Shown: positions 16,627-28,231 of the stretch, piece by piece
How positions within the stretch are numbered: position 1 is the stretch's first letter
Layout: every line of letters starts with the position of its first letter
Assembly: GCA_963664815.2 (NCBI GenBank)
Contig: CAXXHB010000003.1
Span: 3,200,001 to 3,264,000 of the forward strand
Length of the DNA: 64,000 nt
Direction of reading: 5' to 3'
DNA from: Spirochaetota bacterium
Lineage (GTDB): Bacteria; Spirochaetota; UBA4802; UBA5550
The notes under the pieces: model-generated
Database searches by the model: none
Seen by the model: only the letters and a program-made list of their open reading frames with translations
What the model was told of the DNA's origin: nothing
Position numbers and translations under genes: made by a program

Positions 16627-18468
16627 TCACTCCTCATACATCGAATCTATTACGTCTTTATACTTTTCCATAATCACCTTTCTTTTAATTTTAAAGGTAG
16701 GAGTAAGCTCACCGCTCTCCTGGGCGAAATCCTTTGCAAGAAGAGTAAACTTTTTAACCTGTTCTACCTGGCCAAGGGCCGCTGTTCTTTCATTGATTCT
16801 GTCTCTGAAAAACCGGACTATAGCAGGATTCTTAATAAGCTCCTCCCTCGAAGAGTACTCTACACCATTTTTTTTGCAGTATAATTCCAGCTGTTCGTAG
16901 TTGGGAACAATAAGCGCTGATACGTATTTCTTCCCGTCGCCGATTGCTGCCGCCTGTTCAAAATAGATATCCTCTTTAAGAAGTGTTTCAATCTGCTGAG
17001 GTGCAATATATTTACCGCCGGATGTTTTAAACATATCCTTGAGCCTGTCGGTAATTACAACATAACCCTCTTCATCGAGATGCCCTATGTCGCCGGTTCT
17101 TACCCATCCGTCTTCAGTAAAAAGTTCTTTATCCAGATGAGGCTTGTTCCAGTATCCGGGCGTCTGGCTCGGGCTTGTGGCCTGAATTTCTCCCTCGGGA
17201 GATATCCTTACCTTCATCAGCGGAACCACCGGGCCGCATGTGCCGAACTTGTTTCTCTGCGGATTGGACACGCTTATTACAAAGCATTCCGTCATCCCGT
17301 ATCCCTGCAGAAGGAGAACTCCGCAGCTGAAAAAGAATTCAGATATCTCACCGGAAAATGCCGAACCTCCGCAGTTGTAAACCTTGTTTCTTCCGCCGAA
17401 CAGGTTCCGTACTTTTTTCAACACAAGAGTATCTGCTATTTTAAACCTGAATTTTAATCCGAATGGTATCGGTTTCATCTCTTTTTTCAGATATGCGACC
17501 TGTTTCCCTGTGTTTATTGCCCAGTTGAAGAGTTTCTGTTTCTTCTCCGGAGCCTGGCTTATTCCATCCTGAACCTTGGAGTAAATTTTTTCCCAGAGCC
17601 TTGGAACACTGCACATATAATGAGGCTTCGATTCAAGGAGGAACTGAAGCAGAACATCGGGTTTTGCCTCGTGGCAGTAGTCAACCCGGGCATTGCTGCA
17701 TAAAATAAAATAGCTCCAGGCCCTCTCAAACACGTGGGCAAGGGGGAGAAACGCCAGGTTCACATCAGATTCAATAATAGGGATATAGTAGCCTGTGGCA
17801 AAGAGCATCGCGAGCCAGTTTTTGTGAGTAAGCTTAACACCCTTTGGCTCACCCGTTGTCCCTGAAGTATATATCAGTGTTGAAAGGTCATCGCCTGTTG
17901 CATCAGCAAGCAGTTTTTCAACTTCATCTTTTTTTGATGATTTTTTACCCATTTCAATAAAATCTTTATAAAGTATAACCTTGCTGTTGTTTTTATCGTA
18001 GTTTATCCTGTGATCAATTACTATAAGCTTTTCAACCTGCGGAGAGTCTTTAAGTATACTCACCGCCTTGTCGTAATGTTCCTGTTTTTCCACGAAGAGT
18101 ATTTTAATGCCGCAGTCATTAACTATATACTTCAGCTCCTCTGCTGAATTTGACTGGTAAATCAGCACCGAACATGCGCGGATTGAAAAGCATCCGAAGT
18201 CCGCAACTGCAAGTTCCACCCTGTTATTGGAAAAAACTCCGACAAAATCTCTCTCCCTGACTCCATACTCAAGAAGTCCCATGGCGCATGAATCGATGAG
18301 ATCGGCAAATTTCGCCCAGCTGAACTCCTCCCACTCTCCAAAAGCCTTATGCCTCACAGCTGTTTTACTGTTCCCGAATTTTTCCGCCCTTTTATGAACC
18401 ATTTTACCCAGATGGTTATCCTTCGCGAGAAAATCCTGAAATTCCTTTTCATAATCCACATTACTCAT
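16627..18468 (-). CDS. Long-chain fatty acid--CoA ligase (AMP-binding)
   Basis: YTSGTTGEPKG, QGYGMTE, TGDIG, DRLKD motifs; likely start MSNVDY after GGAGGG (ORF track extends to 18516). Confidence 0.92.
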   Translation of the reverse strand: MSNVDYEKEFQDFLAKDNHLGKMVHKRAEKFGNSKTAVRHKAFGEWEEFSWAKFADLIDSCAMGLLEYGVRERDFVGVFSNNRVELAVADFGCFSIRACSVLIYQSNSAEELKYIVNDCGIKILFVEKQEHYDKAVSILKDSPQVEKLIVIDHRINYDKNNSKVILYKDFIEMGKKSSKKDEVEKLLADATGDDLSTLIYTSGTTGEPKGVKLTHKNWLAMLFATGYYIPIIESDVNLAFLPLAHVFERAWSYFILCSNARVDYCHEAKPDVLLQFLLESKPHYMCSVPRLWEKIYSKVQDGISQAPEKKQKLFNWAINTGKQVAYLKKEMKPIPFGLKFRFKIADTLVLKKVRNLFGGRNKVYNCGGSAFSGEISEFFFSCGVLLLQGYGMTECFVISVSNPQRNKFGTCGPVVPLMKVRISPEGEIQATSPSQTPGYWNKPHLDKELFTEDGWVRTGDIGHLDEEGYVVITDRLKDMFKTSGGKYIAPQQIETLLKEDIYFEQAAAIGDGKKYVSALIVPNYEQLELYCKKNGVEYSSREELIKNPAIVRFFRDRINERTAALGQVEQVKKFTLLAKDFAQESGELTPTFKIKRKVIMEKYKDVIDSMYEE

Positions 18469-18723
18469 GAAATCCCTCCAATACTGAACCCGTTTTTTAT
18501 GTCTGTGTAAAGACAAGTTACACCATAAAAAAGATAAAGTCTTGCCGATGTATAATTTTTAAAATGAGTAAATTTCGTAAGTTATAATTCTGAAAGAATC
18601 CCGGAAGATATACTGCCATACGCAGCATATGGTTTCTGCTGGCACAGTATCAAAACAGCCCTATTTATCATTGACAGCGTTACAATAAACTAATAATTTT
18701 ATTAAAATAATGGAGCCTGTATT

Positions 18724-19848
18724 ATGACACATAAAATTTTATATTTCATCATGTTTTTCGGCCCGGTTTTTGCGCTTATAATATCAATCGGACAGATGAT
18801 ACAGGCAAAAAAGAGACTGATCGATTACCTCTTCGCTCTTTCTTTCTTCGGGATGTCTGTCTGGATGTTCCAGATAGCGCTTTTCAGCACAGAGCTTATA
18901 AATAACTGGCAATACGCCTGGTACCTGACTTTTCTTCCGGTTCCCCTTATATATATCATCCCCCCGATAATGGTTTTGAGATACAGGTGGGTTCTTGCCA
19001 GTACATTTAAAATTAAAAAGGCTCATGCATATTTGATAATTCCATCTGTTATATCACTTTTAATATTTCTTTACTTCCCGTTTTCAGGACATGGCGATGT
19101 TTCAAGGTATTATCCCGGGTTACCTGTTATGGGGGAGAGATTTGCCCGGCTTCCTCTTTATTTTAAAATTACCTACATAACCGCAATAATACCCAATCTC
19201 TATGTCTCCGCTCTTATGACACCTGTCCTTATTCAGATGCTCCCGGTGTGGAGACGCGACCACAATAACAGAATTTCAAAACCTGCAAGAATGGGTTATA
19301 TATCAGCACTCTCAATCGCTGTTACAAACATAATGTGTCTCGCCGGTTACATATACTCTCTTGACCTTGTAATAATCTCACTGATCGCAGCAAACGCGGC
19401 TACCATATATGTCTATCTTGTCACACAGCGTCATCCGGACTATCACCGCCTCCTCAGAAGCGAAACAAGAAAGGCAAGTTATGAAAAATCAAGGATAACC
19501 GGCCTTGATGTAGATGTTATCTGCACGCGTCTGAACGAGCTTATGCACGACGAAAAGGTTTTTGCCGATGAAGATCTCTCCCTCCGTGACCTCGCCGGCG
19601 AGCTCGGCATAAGCGCCCACCAGCTCTCTGAAATACTCAATGAAAAGATGAAAAAAAATTTCAACACATTTGTAAATGAATACCGCGTAGACGAGGCAAA
19701 AAATATGCTTGTAGAGGAACCGGGGAGATCCATACTGTCCGTGGGAATAGCTGTGGGCTTCAACTCAAACACAACATTCTGCACGGTATTTTCCAAAATT
19801 GCGGGAGAATCTCCAAGCCACTACAGAAAAAGGAGACTTAACGGGTAA
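18724..19848 (+). CDS. Membrane-anchored AraC-family regulator
   Basis: Multiple TM helices plus C-terminal AraC HTH (GFNSNTTFCTVFSK..G.SPS.YR). Confidence 0.88.
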   Translation: MTHKILYFIMFFGPVFALIISIGQMIQAKKRLIDYLFALSFFGMSVWMFQIALFSTELINNWQYAWYLTFLPVPLIYIIPPIMVLRYRWVLASTFKIKKAHAYLIIPSVISLLIFLYFPFSGHGDVSRYYPGLPVMGERFARLPLYFKITYITAIIPNLYVSALMTPVLIQMLPVWRRDHNNRISKPARMGYISALSIAVTNIMCLAGYIYSLDLVIISLIAANAATIYVYLVTQRHPDYHRLLRSETRKASYEKSRITGLDVDVICTRLNELMHDEKVFADEDLSLRDLAGELGISAHQLSEILNEKMKKNFNTFVNEYRVDEAKNMLVEEPGRSILSVGIAVGFNSNTTFCTVFSKIAGESPSHYRKRRLNG

Positions 19849-19852
19849 TATC

Positions 19853-20737
19853 ATGACACCAATACTGGACGTAATAGATCTTAAGAAAACTTTTCCCGGG
19901 GTAAAAGCAGTAGACGGTATATCTTTCAGTATTGAACCTGGAATCTGCTTCGGCCTTCTGGGGCCTAACGGAGCGGGAAAAACCACGACAATTGAAATTA
20001 TTGAAGGGATACTTAAACCTGACTCCGGCCGGATTCTCTACAGAGGCGCGAAAAGAGGAAAAACATTCAAGGAGGAGGTGGGAATTCAGTTCCAGAATAC
20101 CGAGCTTCCCCAATACCTTACTGTCTATGAAACCCTCAAAGCCTTCAGAACACTTTATACGAGAAAAGCAAAACTCGACTGGATTGTGGATGTCTGTCAG
20201 CTGGGCGAAATACTCAGCCGTGATAACAGGAAAATATCCGGAGGGCAGAAACAGAGACTCCTGCTTGCTATTGCTCTTACCAATGACCCGGAACTGATAA
20301 TCCTGGATGAACCTACTACCGGTCTTGATCCACAGGCAAGAAGGCACCTGTGGGATATAGTAAACGGGATAAAGGATTCTGGAAGGACAATAATACTGAC
20401 GACACACTATATGGAAGAGGCCGAAATACTCTGCAACTCCATTGCCATCATGGATTACGGTAAAATCATAGATAAAGACTCACCTGGGAATCTGCTGATG
20501 AAATATGGTGAAGGCGCCACTATTACCATAAAAACAGATACACCGGAAAAGGTAATTGATGCCGTCGCGTGCACTGTCTACAGGGTGGAAGATACAGTTG
20601 AAATTCACACGAACCGGCTGAATGAATGTATAAAGAATCTCGCGCATGCCGGGGCGGATCTTTCCAATATGACAGTCCGCACACCAAACCTGGAGGATGT
20701 TTTCATCAAACTTACCGGGCACACTCTGAGAGCATAG
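19853..20737 (+). CDS. ABC-2 type exporter ATP-binding protein
   Basis: GPNGAGKTT, ISGGQKQR, LDEPTTGLD; likely start MTPILDV. Confidence 0.92.
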   Translation: MTPILDVIDLKKTFPGVKAVDGISFSIEPGICFGLLGPNGAGKTTTIEIIEGILKPDSGRILYRGAKRGKTFKEEVGIQFQNTELPQYLTVYETLKAFRTLYTRKAKLDWIVDVCQLGEILSRDNRKISGGQKQRLLLAIALTNDPELIILDEPTTGLDPQARRHLWDIVNGIKDSGRTIILTTHYMEEAEILCNSIAIMDYGKIIDKDSPGNLLMKYGEGATITIKTDTPEKVIDAVACTVYRVEDTVEIHTNRLNECIKNLAHAGADLSNMTVRTPNLEDVFIKLTGHTLRA

Positions 20738-20752
20738 AGACAGGAATATAAT

Positions 20753-21793
20753 ATGATTAAAAGAATATGGATAATTTTTCTTTCAAGAAACAGGGAATTC
20801 TACAGAGACAGATCAGGTTTCGGATGGAACATCATCTTCCCGTTTTTTATAATAATAGGTTTCAGCCTGATATTCAACCAGAACGATAAGACCGAATACA
20901 AGATCGGTATTACAGGAGATGAAGCAAATATAAAGAAGGAGATAACACTTCAATACAAAAACTTCAGGGAATCAAAATTCCTGGAGTTTATCCCTGTGGA
21001 AAACGCAGAGTCAGGCAAAGAGAAGCTTGGACACCACAGGATTGACATGCTGATCGATCCCGAACATGGAGTCTACTGGAAAAGCAAGTCATCACCGAAA
21101 AGCTACCTCGCGGAGAAGATTCTCCAGGCCGGTAATTATACTGCAGGCGCAGAATCATTTAAAACAGGGACTGTCGAGGGGAGAGAGATCCCATATATAG
21201 AATGGCTCTTCCCCGGAGTTCTTGGTATGAACATGATGTTCAGCGCGCTTTTTGGAGTAGGCTACGCTGTAGTCCGCGACAGGAAAAACGGTGTCCTGAA
21301 AAGGCTCAGCGTAACACCGCTGATTCCTTTCGAATTCCTGACAGCGCATATCATGTCGCGGATGTTTGCGCTGTTTATAACTACGGCTGTTGTCTATATC
21401 GGCTGCGCATTGCTTTACGGCTTTGAAAACCGCGGGTCATATCTGTCCCTGATAGTAATATTTTCACTTGGCGGTTTCAGCATGATTTCACTTTCACTGA
21501 TAATTGCCTCCCGGAGCAGCAGCGAGGAGTTTGCCGGAGGTGCATTAAACCTGATTTCATGGCCCATGATGCTTCTGTCCGAGGTATGGTTTTCCCTTGA
21601 AGGGGCAAAGCCGTGGGTGAAAAACGCAGCGCAGGCATTTCCTCTAACTCATCTCACAGCAGGTGTAAGAAGAATTATGAATGACGGTGCCTCTCTCTAC
21701 GACATCAGGTATAACGTTATTGTGCTTTCCGTTATGTCTGTACTTTTCCTGGCTATCGGTTCCCTGCTTTTCAGATGGAGAAAAGCAGACTGA
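20753..21793 (+). CDS. ABC-2 type exporter permease
   Basis: One plus five TM layout, FPGVLGM, GVLKRL..TP. Confidence 0.88.
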   Translation: MIKRIWIIFLSRNREFYRDRSGFGWNIIFPFFIIIGFSLIFNQNDKTEYKIGITGDEANIKKEITLQYKNFRESKFLEFIPVENAESGKEKLGHHRIDMLIDPEHGVYWKSKSSPKSYLAEKILQAGNYTAGAESFKTGTVEGREIPYIEWLFPGVLGMNMMFSALFGVGYAVVRDRKNGVLKRLSVTPLIPFEFLTAHIMSRMFALFITTAVVYIGCALLYGFENRGSYLSLIVIFSLGGFSMISLSLIIASRSSSEEFAGGALNLISWPMMLLSEVWFSLEGAKPWVKNAAQAFPLTHLTAGVRRIMNDGASLYDIRYNVIVLSVMSVLFLAIGSLLFRWRKAD

Positions 21794-21799
21794 AGAGCG

Positions 21800-22996
21800 C
21801 TATTCAAATTTCAGCGCATCAATCGGTTTAAGGTTGGACGCTTTCCTTGCAGGATAATACCCGAAAAAAACACCAACCGCTGTGGAAAAAATAAAAGAGA
21901 TCAGCACTGATAATATAGAAAAAACAAAAGCCCACTTCAGTACAATTATAATAATCAGGTAAATTACCAGTCCAAGCATAATCCCTATCGCCCCCCCTGC
22001 CGAAGTAAGGGTAACAGCCTCTATTAAAAACTGGAAAAGCACATCCCTTCTCTTAGCGCCGATTGCCATCCTTATCCCTATCTCCCGTGTTCTCTCCGTG
22101 ACAGAGACAAGCATGATATTCATGATCCCCACTCCGCCTACGAATAAAGATATTGAGGCAATCCCGGCCAGAAGCAGAGAAAGAGCCCGTGTTATATCTT
22201 CAGTCATTTTCAGTTTTTCCTTGCTAGTTTTTATCCAGAAATCATCTTCAGCATCTGCCCTCAGGTTATGAACTGTTCTGAGGTATTTCACAAGCTTTCT
22301 GCTTGCATCATCAAGCATATTCTCTTCCCTCGTCGATAAAAGCATCTCGGCATAATCATTTCTCTTCCCGAAAAACCTGATGTTCGCAGTGGTATATGGT
22401 ATCATTATTTCATTATCAAAATCATTGCCGGAAAACGCCACACCTGCCCTGTTCAAAATACCTATAACCTGGAGCGGCACACCGTTATAAAGAATCTGCT
22501 CACCTATTGGATCCCTGTTCCCGAAAACCATCTCTTTAACAGTTAAACCTATTATAACAACCTTTGCAAATGAATTATAATCTTCCTCGTTAAAAGATCT
22601 TCCATTAATTACACTGCGGCCTTTGATAATAAGATATTCATTGCTTACCCCCCACATTTTAGCATGGGTTATATTATTTCTATACCGCAACAATCCCCCT
22701 TTTTCAGGAATGTAGCAAATTGGACTTATTTTATCTATTTCAAAGATTTCATTTTTGATAGTCAGTATATCATTATTGGAAATTCTTTTACCGCCCGGCT
22801 TTGATTCAACTGATATACCGTTATCGCCAAAATTGGCAACCTTATCCTTAACCTCAACTCTTGCGCTGCTGCCAAGTCCTATCATAAGGATTACCGACGA
22901 AACACCAATTACTATACCAATACTTGTTAGAAAGGATCTCAGCTTATTTCTTCTGAGAGATCTTATAGCAGTAATAATTGCATTCTTTATATTCAT
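21800..22996 (-). CDS. MacB/FtsX-type ABC permease
   Basis: RSFLTSIGIVIGV, GGVGIMNIMLVSVTERTREIGIRMAIGA, YPARKAS.L.PIDAL. Confidence 0.9.
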   Translation of the reverse strand: MNIKNAIITAIRSLRRNKLRSFLTSIGIVIGVSSVILMIGLGSSARVEVKDKVANFGDNGISVESKPGGKRISNNDILTIKNEIFEIDKISPICYIPEKGGLLRYRNNITHAKMWGVSNEYLIIKGRSVINGRSFNEEDYNSFAKVVIIGLTVKEMVFGNRDPIGEQILYNGVPLQVIGILNRAGVAFSGNDFDNEIMIPYTTANIRFFGKRNDYAEMLLSTREENMLDDASRKLVKYLRTVHNLRADAEDDFWIKTSKEKLKMTEDITRALSLLLAGIASISLFVGGVGIMNIMLVSVTERTREIGIRMAIGAKRRDVLFQFLIEAVTLTSAGGAIGIMLGLVIYLIIIIVLKWAFVFSILSVLISFIFSTAVGVFFGYYPARKASNLKPIDALKFE

Positions 22997-23503
22997 AAAA
23001 CCTTTTTAATAATTGTTTTTTAACTTTTATGCTTATCTGTTTGTCTGCTTATTACTTATTATGTAATAATAAAGATAATTCGTTACCTAAAAAAATAGTA
23101 AATGAAAGTAATATCAGTAATAATTTCCGAACTTTTTATAATTAAGCAAAACTATTCACACGGTTGAAGGCGCCCGTGAGACATAATCGTCTGTCTGAAA
23201 CTGAAATATTCTTTTTAGAAATTAACATTGAAGTTATATAATTAAATTCAAATTCTTCATGATAAAAAAAGTCAAGAAAATTACAGGAGACTGATATTGA
23301 CCTGACAGCGTAAGTGAACAGGAATTATATTTCCTGGAATTATTGCTGAAAAAAAGTGACTAAAAATAAAATAATGTTGAAAAGATAGGAATAAAATTTG
23401 AAATAAAAAGTAAAAAATAATTTCATGCTCCCTTACTACAGCCCCGACAGTAATTAATGGAGCAATACAGTATCAGCAGATATATTTTCCAGGAGTAGAT
23501 AAA

Positions 23504-24337
23504 ATGGCAATATCAAAAGCACAGAAGGCCGCTTATAATGATGATATAAAGGCAATCAAACTGCAATCTGACGAGCTTGAAAAAAAAATAAGAGATCTCC
23601 TGCAGAAGAGAAAAAGCAAACCCAACCTTGAACCATACTATAATCTTGAAATTGCAACATACCTTCTCGGGACAATAGAATTATATCTTAAAATGAATGA
23701 CCTGTCAATTGCGATGCTAGGAATAAAAAACAACAAAGCCCTTGATATTGCAAAATCTAACTTCTCAAAAGTGCTTCTTCTGCTGAAAGAAACTGTCGGG
23801 GATGAGGTAGACAGAGAATCTCTTAAGGAAAATGAAGAATATCTTCAGGCAATAGATAAATTAAATCCGCGCCAGATAATCGATTTTTTAAACAGAGTTG
23901 ATATGGTTTTTAACAACCTGAGAAATAACATGGGTGAAGATTCAAAGTGGAAATGGCTCTTTGTGGAACTCCAGGCAAAAATTGCCGTAATAATAAGAAA
24001 CTTTATCAATTTTTCAGATATTCTCAAATACAGAGATCCAAGGCAGCCATATTTCCGCGACAGACGCGAACATCTCTCTATGGCAAAAGATGCTCTGGAA
24101 GAAGCAGCAAAACAGTACAGAACCAAATATGAGCTGTCATCAAAATCCCGGGAGGATTTAAAAAAATCGATCGAGATACTTGAAGCGCTGCGTAAAATCC
24201 ATTTTACCATGGGTGAGAGTAACGAAGCTGATAAATTGAAAACGACTATAGATGCCGCTAAATTTACGCTTGAAGCCGGGGATAAAAAGAAAGAAACTGA
24301 CGAAAAAAGTAAAACTAAACCATCTGTAAAAAAGTGA
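23504..24337 (+). CDS. Conserved hypothetical helical protein
   Basis: Long ORF with AGGAG RBS upstream of hrcA. Confidence 0.7.
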   Translation: MAISKAQKAAYNDDIKAIKLQSDELEKKIRDLLQKRKSKPNLEPYYNLEIATYLLGTIELYLKMNDLSIAMLGIKNNKALDIAKSNFSKVLLLLKETVGDEVDRESLKENEEYLQAIDKLNPRQIIDFLNRVDMVFNNLRNNMGEDSKWKWLFVELQAKIAVIIRNFINFSDILKYRDPRQPYFRDRREHLSMAKDALEEAAKQYRTKYELSSKSREDLKKSIEILEALRKIHFTMGESNEADKLKTTIDAAKFTLEAGDKKKETDEKSKTKPSVKK

Positions 24338-24368
24338 TAAAACTTATAAAAAAAGTTGAAATTTTTCC

Positions 24369-24396
24369 TTGACGATTAGAGATAAATTATTATATT
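24369..24396 (+). promoter_or_regulatory. Sigma70-type promoter of the hrcA operon
   Basis: TTGACG-16 nt-TATATT immediately upstream of CIRCE. Confidence 0.55.
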
Positions 24397-24401
24397 GTTT
24401 A

Positions 24402-24428
24402 TTAGCACTCAATAATCATGAGTGCTAA
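24402..24428. promoter_or_regulatory. CIRCE operator (HrcA binding site)
   Basis: Perfect TTAGCACTC-N9-GAGTGCTAA. Confidence 0.95.
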
Positions 24429-25497
24429 TAAACGGGTAAAAGGTAATTACTTGAAAAGCGAAATGCAGGCAGAAAGGCAGCTGGATGAAAGAGAATCTGC
24501 AATACTTAACGCTATCGTTTATGAGTATATCCTTACTGGCAAACCGGTAGGATCACGGTCTTTTGTCCAGAAATACTCATTTTCTCTCTCACCAGCTACA
24601 ATGAGAAACATCATGTTCGATCTTGAAAGAATGAACTTCCTCATGCAGCCACATACTTCCTCCGGGAGAGTCCCTACGGACAAGGGATATAGATATTATG
24701 TGGATTCTCTTCTGGATAATTACAACTTCCATGAGATGATTCTTGATGAAAAAATTTTTCAGAGGGAAGTGCAGCTGGATAAAATATTTGAATCTGTTAC
24801 AAAAATGCTTTCGGTAACTTCAAACTATGCGGGAGTTATGCTGTCACCTAAACCCGATTTTACAGTAGTAAAACTCGTGGAACTGATTCAGCTCGAAAGC
24901 AGCGAAATTCTGCTTATTGCAATAACAAGAACAGGGATGATACTAACGCGCAAAGTTGGAATTTCAGTAAAGGTTACACAGGATGAGTTATTTGAGTATT
25001 CCAAGTTTCTGACCAGTGAACTTTGCGGATATTCTCTTTTCGATATAAAAGAGAAAATCTTCGAGAACCTCAGGCTGGATAAAATTAATTCCACCAACAG
25101 GGAACTGGCCCTCGATATAGCACAGATAGCTTTCAACGAAACAACAAATTCAACCATCAATATTGACGGGATAGAAAACCTTTTAAGAATTCCGGAAATG
25201 GTTGAAGAGAGCCGGTTAAACAGCCTTCTGAATATAATTGAAGAAAAAAATATTCTTAAAAGTATTCTCGAAAAGCATATGGAGGGGGAGGGAGTAAAAA
25301 TACTGATCGGTAAAGAAATAGAAAATGACAAGGTTACAGGCTGCAGCCTCGTAGCCTCTTCTTATAAGATCGGCAACAAATCAGTCGGAGCAGTTGGAGT
25401 TTTCGGTCCGACCAGGATGGATTATGAAAAAGTGGTTCCGCTGGTTGATTATACAGGAAAAGCGGTATCTGGCCTTTTGACCAAGATGTCGAAATAA
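24418..25497 (+). CDS. hrcA: Heat-inducible transcription repressor HrcA
   Basis: PVGSR, SPATMRN, QPHTSSGRVPTDKGYRYYVD, GPTRMDY; true start probably 24451 or 24463 because ATG 24418 lies inside CIRCE. Confidence 0.95.
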   Translation: MSANKRVKGNYLKSEMQAERQLDERESAILNAIVYEYILTGKPVGSRSFVQKYSFSLSPATMRNIMFDLERMNFLMQPHTSSGRVPTDKGYRYYVDSLLDNYNFHEMILDEKIFQREVQLDKIFESVTKMLSVTSNYAGVMLSPKPDFTVVKLVELIQLESSEILLIAITRTGMILTRKVGISVKVTQDELFEYSKFLTSELCGYSLFDIKEKIFENLRLDKINSTNRELALDIAQIAFNETTNSTINIDGIENLLRIPEMVEESRLNSLLNIIEEKNILKSILEKHMEGEGVKILIGKEIENDKVTGCSLVASSYKIGNKSVGAVGVFGPTRMDYEKVVPLVDYTGKAVSGLLTKMSK

Positions 25498-25523
25498 ACA
25501 GTAATTTAAGGTGGAGATTTAAA

Positions 25524-26168
25524 ATGGGTAACGGGGAAACGGGCGCAGCCAAAGAAAATCAGACTGAAACAGAAAATATTGTAAATAGTGAAAACGGTCA
25601 TGAAAGCAATTGCGAAGATGTTAAAAATCTTGAAAATGAGATTTCGAACCAGGATGAAGAGATTGTAAAGTTAAACAAAGAAATAGAGACTTTAAAAGAT
25701 CTTCTTCAGAGAAGGCAGGCAGATTTTGAAAACTTCAGAAAACGGACGATTAAACTTCAGGAGGATTACAGAAAACTGGCCATAAAGGATTTTGCCTGTG
25801 ATATTATCAATGTAAATGATGATATAATGAGGGCAATTGAAGCTTCGGACAGTCTATCCGGACAGGAACAGACAGACTCAAAGAATTCTTTTATAGAAGG
25901 AATCAGACTTGTATCCAGAAGAATTGAAGAGATACTGAATAAATACGGAATTGAAGAGATTGCATCCGAGAATAAACCCTTTAATCCGAGTTTTCACGAA
26001 GCTGTGGAAATTGAAAACAGCGCGGATCACAACGAAGATACTGTAACAAAGGTTTACCAGAAAGGTTTTAAACTGGATGAGCATCTTGTAAGAAGCGCAA
26101 AAGTTAAAGTATCAAAACCTGCCCCGAAGAAGACAGATGGGGCGGACGATAATGGAAAATGCAGCTGA
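25524..26168 (+). CDS. grpE: Nucleotide exchange factor GrpE
   Basis: ADFENFRKR, FNPSFHEAV, YQKGF...RSAKVKV; operon context. Confidence 0.95.
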   Translation: MGNGETGAAKENQTETENIVNSENGHESNCEDVKNLENEISNQDEEIVKLNKEIETLKDLLQRRQADFENFRKRTIKLQEDYRKLAIKDFACDIINVNDDIMRAIEASDSLSGQEQTDSKNSFIEGIRLVSRRIEEILNKYGIEEIASENKPFNPSFHEAVEIENSADHNEDTVTKVYQKGFKLDEHLVRSAKVKVSKPAPKKTDGADDNGKCS

Positions 26169-26236
26169 TTGCTCATTTAATCATGCTGTTGTAATAAAAT
26201 GACAAAAGAATAATATAATTTACAAGGAGTAATGTA

Positions 26237-28156
26237 ATGAGTAAAATAATAGGAATAGATCTTGGAACCACAAATTCATGTGTATCTGTTATGTCAGGCG
26301 GTGAACCGGTTGTAATACAGAATGCAGAGGGACAGAGAACTACACCTTCAATTGTAGCTTATACGGATAAAGGCGAGCGTCTCGTGGGACAGATTGCCAA
26401 AAACCAGATTATAACAAATCCCGAGAACACCATAAGATCGGTAAAACGTTTTATGGGGAGAAAATATAATGAAGTAACAGGGGAAATCTCCATGGTTGCA
26501 TATCATGTTAAAGATGACAGCAAGGGCGGAGTTACAATCAATACTGTATCAGGTGAATTTACACCGCCGGAGATTTCTGCAAGAATACTGCAGAAGATGA
26601 AACAGACCGCTGAGGATTTTCTCGGAGAGACTGTTTCAAAAGCTGTTATCACAGTACCTGCATATTTTAACGACTCACAGAGGCAGGCTACAAAAGACGC
26701 AGGGAGAATAGCAGGCCTTGAAGTTGAGAGGATAATAAACGAACCGACAGCAGCCGCACTGGCTTATGGTCTCGACAAAGGAAAAAACAACGAAAAAATA
26801 GCAGTATATGACCTCGGTGGCGGCACATTTGACGTTTCCATCCTCGAACTTGGTGATGGAGTTTTTGAGGTAAAATCCACCAATGGCAACACTCACCTCG
26901 GAGGAGATGACTTCGACCAGAGAATAATGGAGTGGCTCATTGCTGAATTCAAGAAGCAGACCGGAATTGATGTTTCCAAGGATAAAATGGCTCTTCAGAG
27001 ACTTAAAGAATCAGCTGAAAAAGCGAAGATCGAATTATCAGGCAAGATGCAGACTGAAATCAATATACCATTCCTCACAGCCGATCAGAATGGCCCGAAA
27101 CACCTTGTTACCACACTGTCGAGATCGAAGTTCGAGCAGCTTGTGGAGGATCTCGTTGAATCGACCAAATCTCCCTGTATGAGAGCGCTGGAAGATGCGG
27201 GACTTACTGCAGGTGATATCGATGAAGTAATACTCGTAGGGGGATCAACAAGGATACCATCCGTTCAGGAACTTGTAAAAAGAGTTTTCGCGAAAGAGCC
27301 CCACAAGGGAGTTAACCCCGATGAGGTTGTAGCCATAGGAGCTGCCATTCAGGGCGGAGTTCTTGCAGGTGACGTACACGATGTACTTCTTCTCGACGTA
27401 ACTCCCCTTTCTCTCGGAATTGAGACCCTGGGCGGAGTTATGACAAAACTGATAGAAAGAAATACGACAATTCCGGCAAGGAAGAGCCAGACTTTCTCTA
27501 CAGCTGCTGATAACCAGCCTGCTGTTTCAATCCATGTTCTCCAGGGTGAAAGGGAGATAGCCGCACAGAACAGAACGCTGGGCAGATTTGACCTGTCAGA
27601 TATTCCTCCTGCTCCGAGGGGAATTCCACAGATAGAGGTTACATTCGATATAGATGCAAACGGTATTGTACACGTTTCAGCTAAAGATCTTGGAACCGGC
27701 AAAGAGCAGAAAATTAAAATTGAATCTTCAAGCGGACTTTCAGAATCTGATATCGAAAAAATGGTTAAAGAGGCTGAACTGCACGCCGAAGAGGACAAAA
27801 AAGCCAAAGAACTTATTGAGGCTAAAAATGAATCTGATTCACTCATTTATTCAATGGAAAAAATGATAAGAGAAAACGAAACAAAAATTGAGCCTGGTGA
27901 AAAAGATTCAATCAATACAGCAATTTCAAAGCTGAAGACCGCAATGGAAGGGAGCAACCTGGAATCTATACGACATGCAAAATCCGAACTTGAACAGGCC
28001 TCACACCAGTTCGCACAACGTATATATCAGGATGCATCAAAGGAACATAGTGAACCCGGACAGGAAGGGCCGGCAGGGGAAAAGCCGGGTGAATCTGCAG
28101 GCGGGAAAGATAAAGTTTATGACGCAGATTATGAAGTAGTTGACGAGGATAAATAA
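26237..28156 (+). CDS. dnaK: Chaperone DnaK
   Basis: [17 protein letters not shown] and full-length Hsp70 signatures. Confidence 0.98.
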   Translation: MSKIIGIDLGTTNSCVSVMSGGEPVVIQNAEGQRTTPSIVAYTDKGERLVGQIAKNQIITNPENTIRSVKRFMGRKYNEVTGEISMVAYHVKDDSKGGVTINTVSGEFTPPEISARILQKMKQTAEDFLGETVSKAVITVPAYFNDSQRQATKDAGRIAGLEVERIINEPTAAALAYGLDKGKNNEKIAVYDLGGGTFDVSILELGDGVFEVKSTNGNTHLGGDDFDQRIMEWLIAEFKKQTGIDVSKDKMALQRLKESAEKAKIELSGKMQTEINIPFLTADQNGPKHLVTTLSRSKFEQLVEDLVESTKSPCMRALEDAGLTAGDIDEVILVGGSTRIPSVQELVKRVFAKEPHKGVNPDEVVAIGAAIQGGVLAGDVHDVLLLDVTPLSLGIETLGGVMTKLIERNTTIPARKSQTFSTAADNQPAVSIHVLQGEREIAAQNRTLGRFDLSDIPPAPRGIPQIEVTFDIDANGIVHVSAKDLGTGKEQKIKIESSSGLSESDIEKMVKEAELHAEEDKKAKELIEAKNESDSLIYSMEKMIRENETKIEPGEKDSINTAISKLKTAMEGSNLESIRHAKSELEQASHQFAQRIYQDASKEHSEPGQEGPAGEKPGESAGGKDKVYDADYEVVDEDK

Positions 28157-28170
28157 TCCTGGCATAATAC

Positions 28171-28201
28171 TACCGCAGTTTTAAACAATAAAACTGCGGT
28201 A
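28171..28201 (+). terminator. Hairpin between dnaK and dnaJ
   Basis: TACCGCAGTTTTA-aacaa-TAAAACTGCGGTA. Confidence 0.6.
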
Positions 28202-28231
28202 TAAAAGCCTTTTAAATGTGAGGGGATTAAA

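Noticed and set aside
16456-16884. 142-aa plus-strand ORF
   Set aside because: Starts in the palindromic repeat (WDSRLRGND is its translation) and runs antisense into the acyl-CoA ligase.
21800-22996. Orphan MacB-type permease as a novel system
   Set aside because: Split or duplicated MacB components are common; partners are likely encoded elsewhere.
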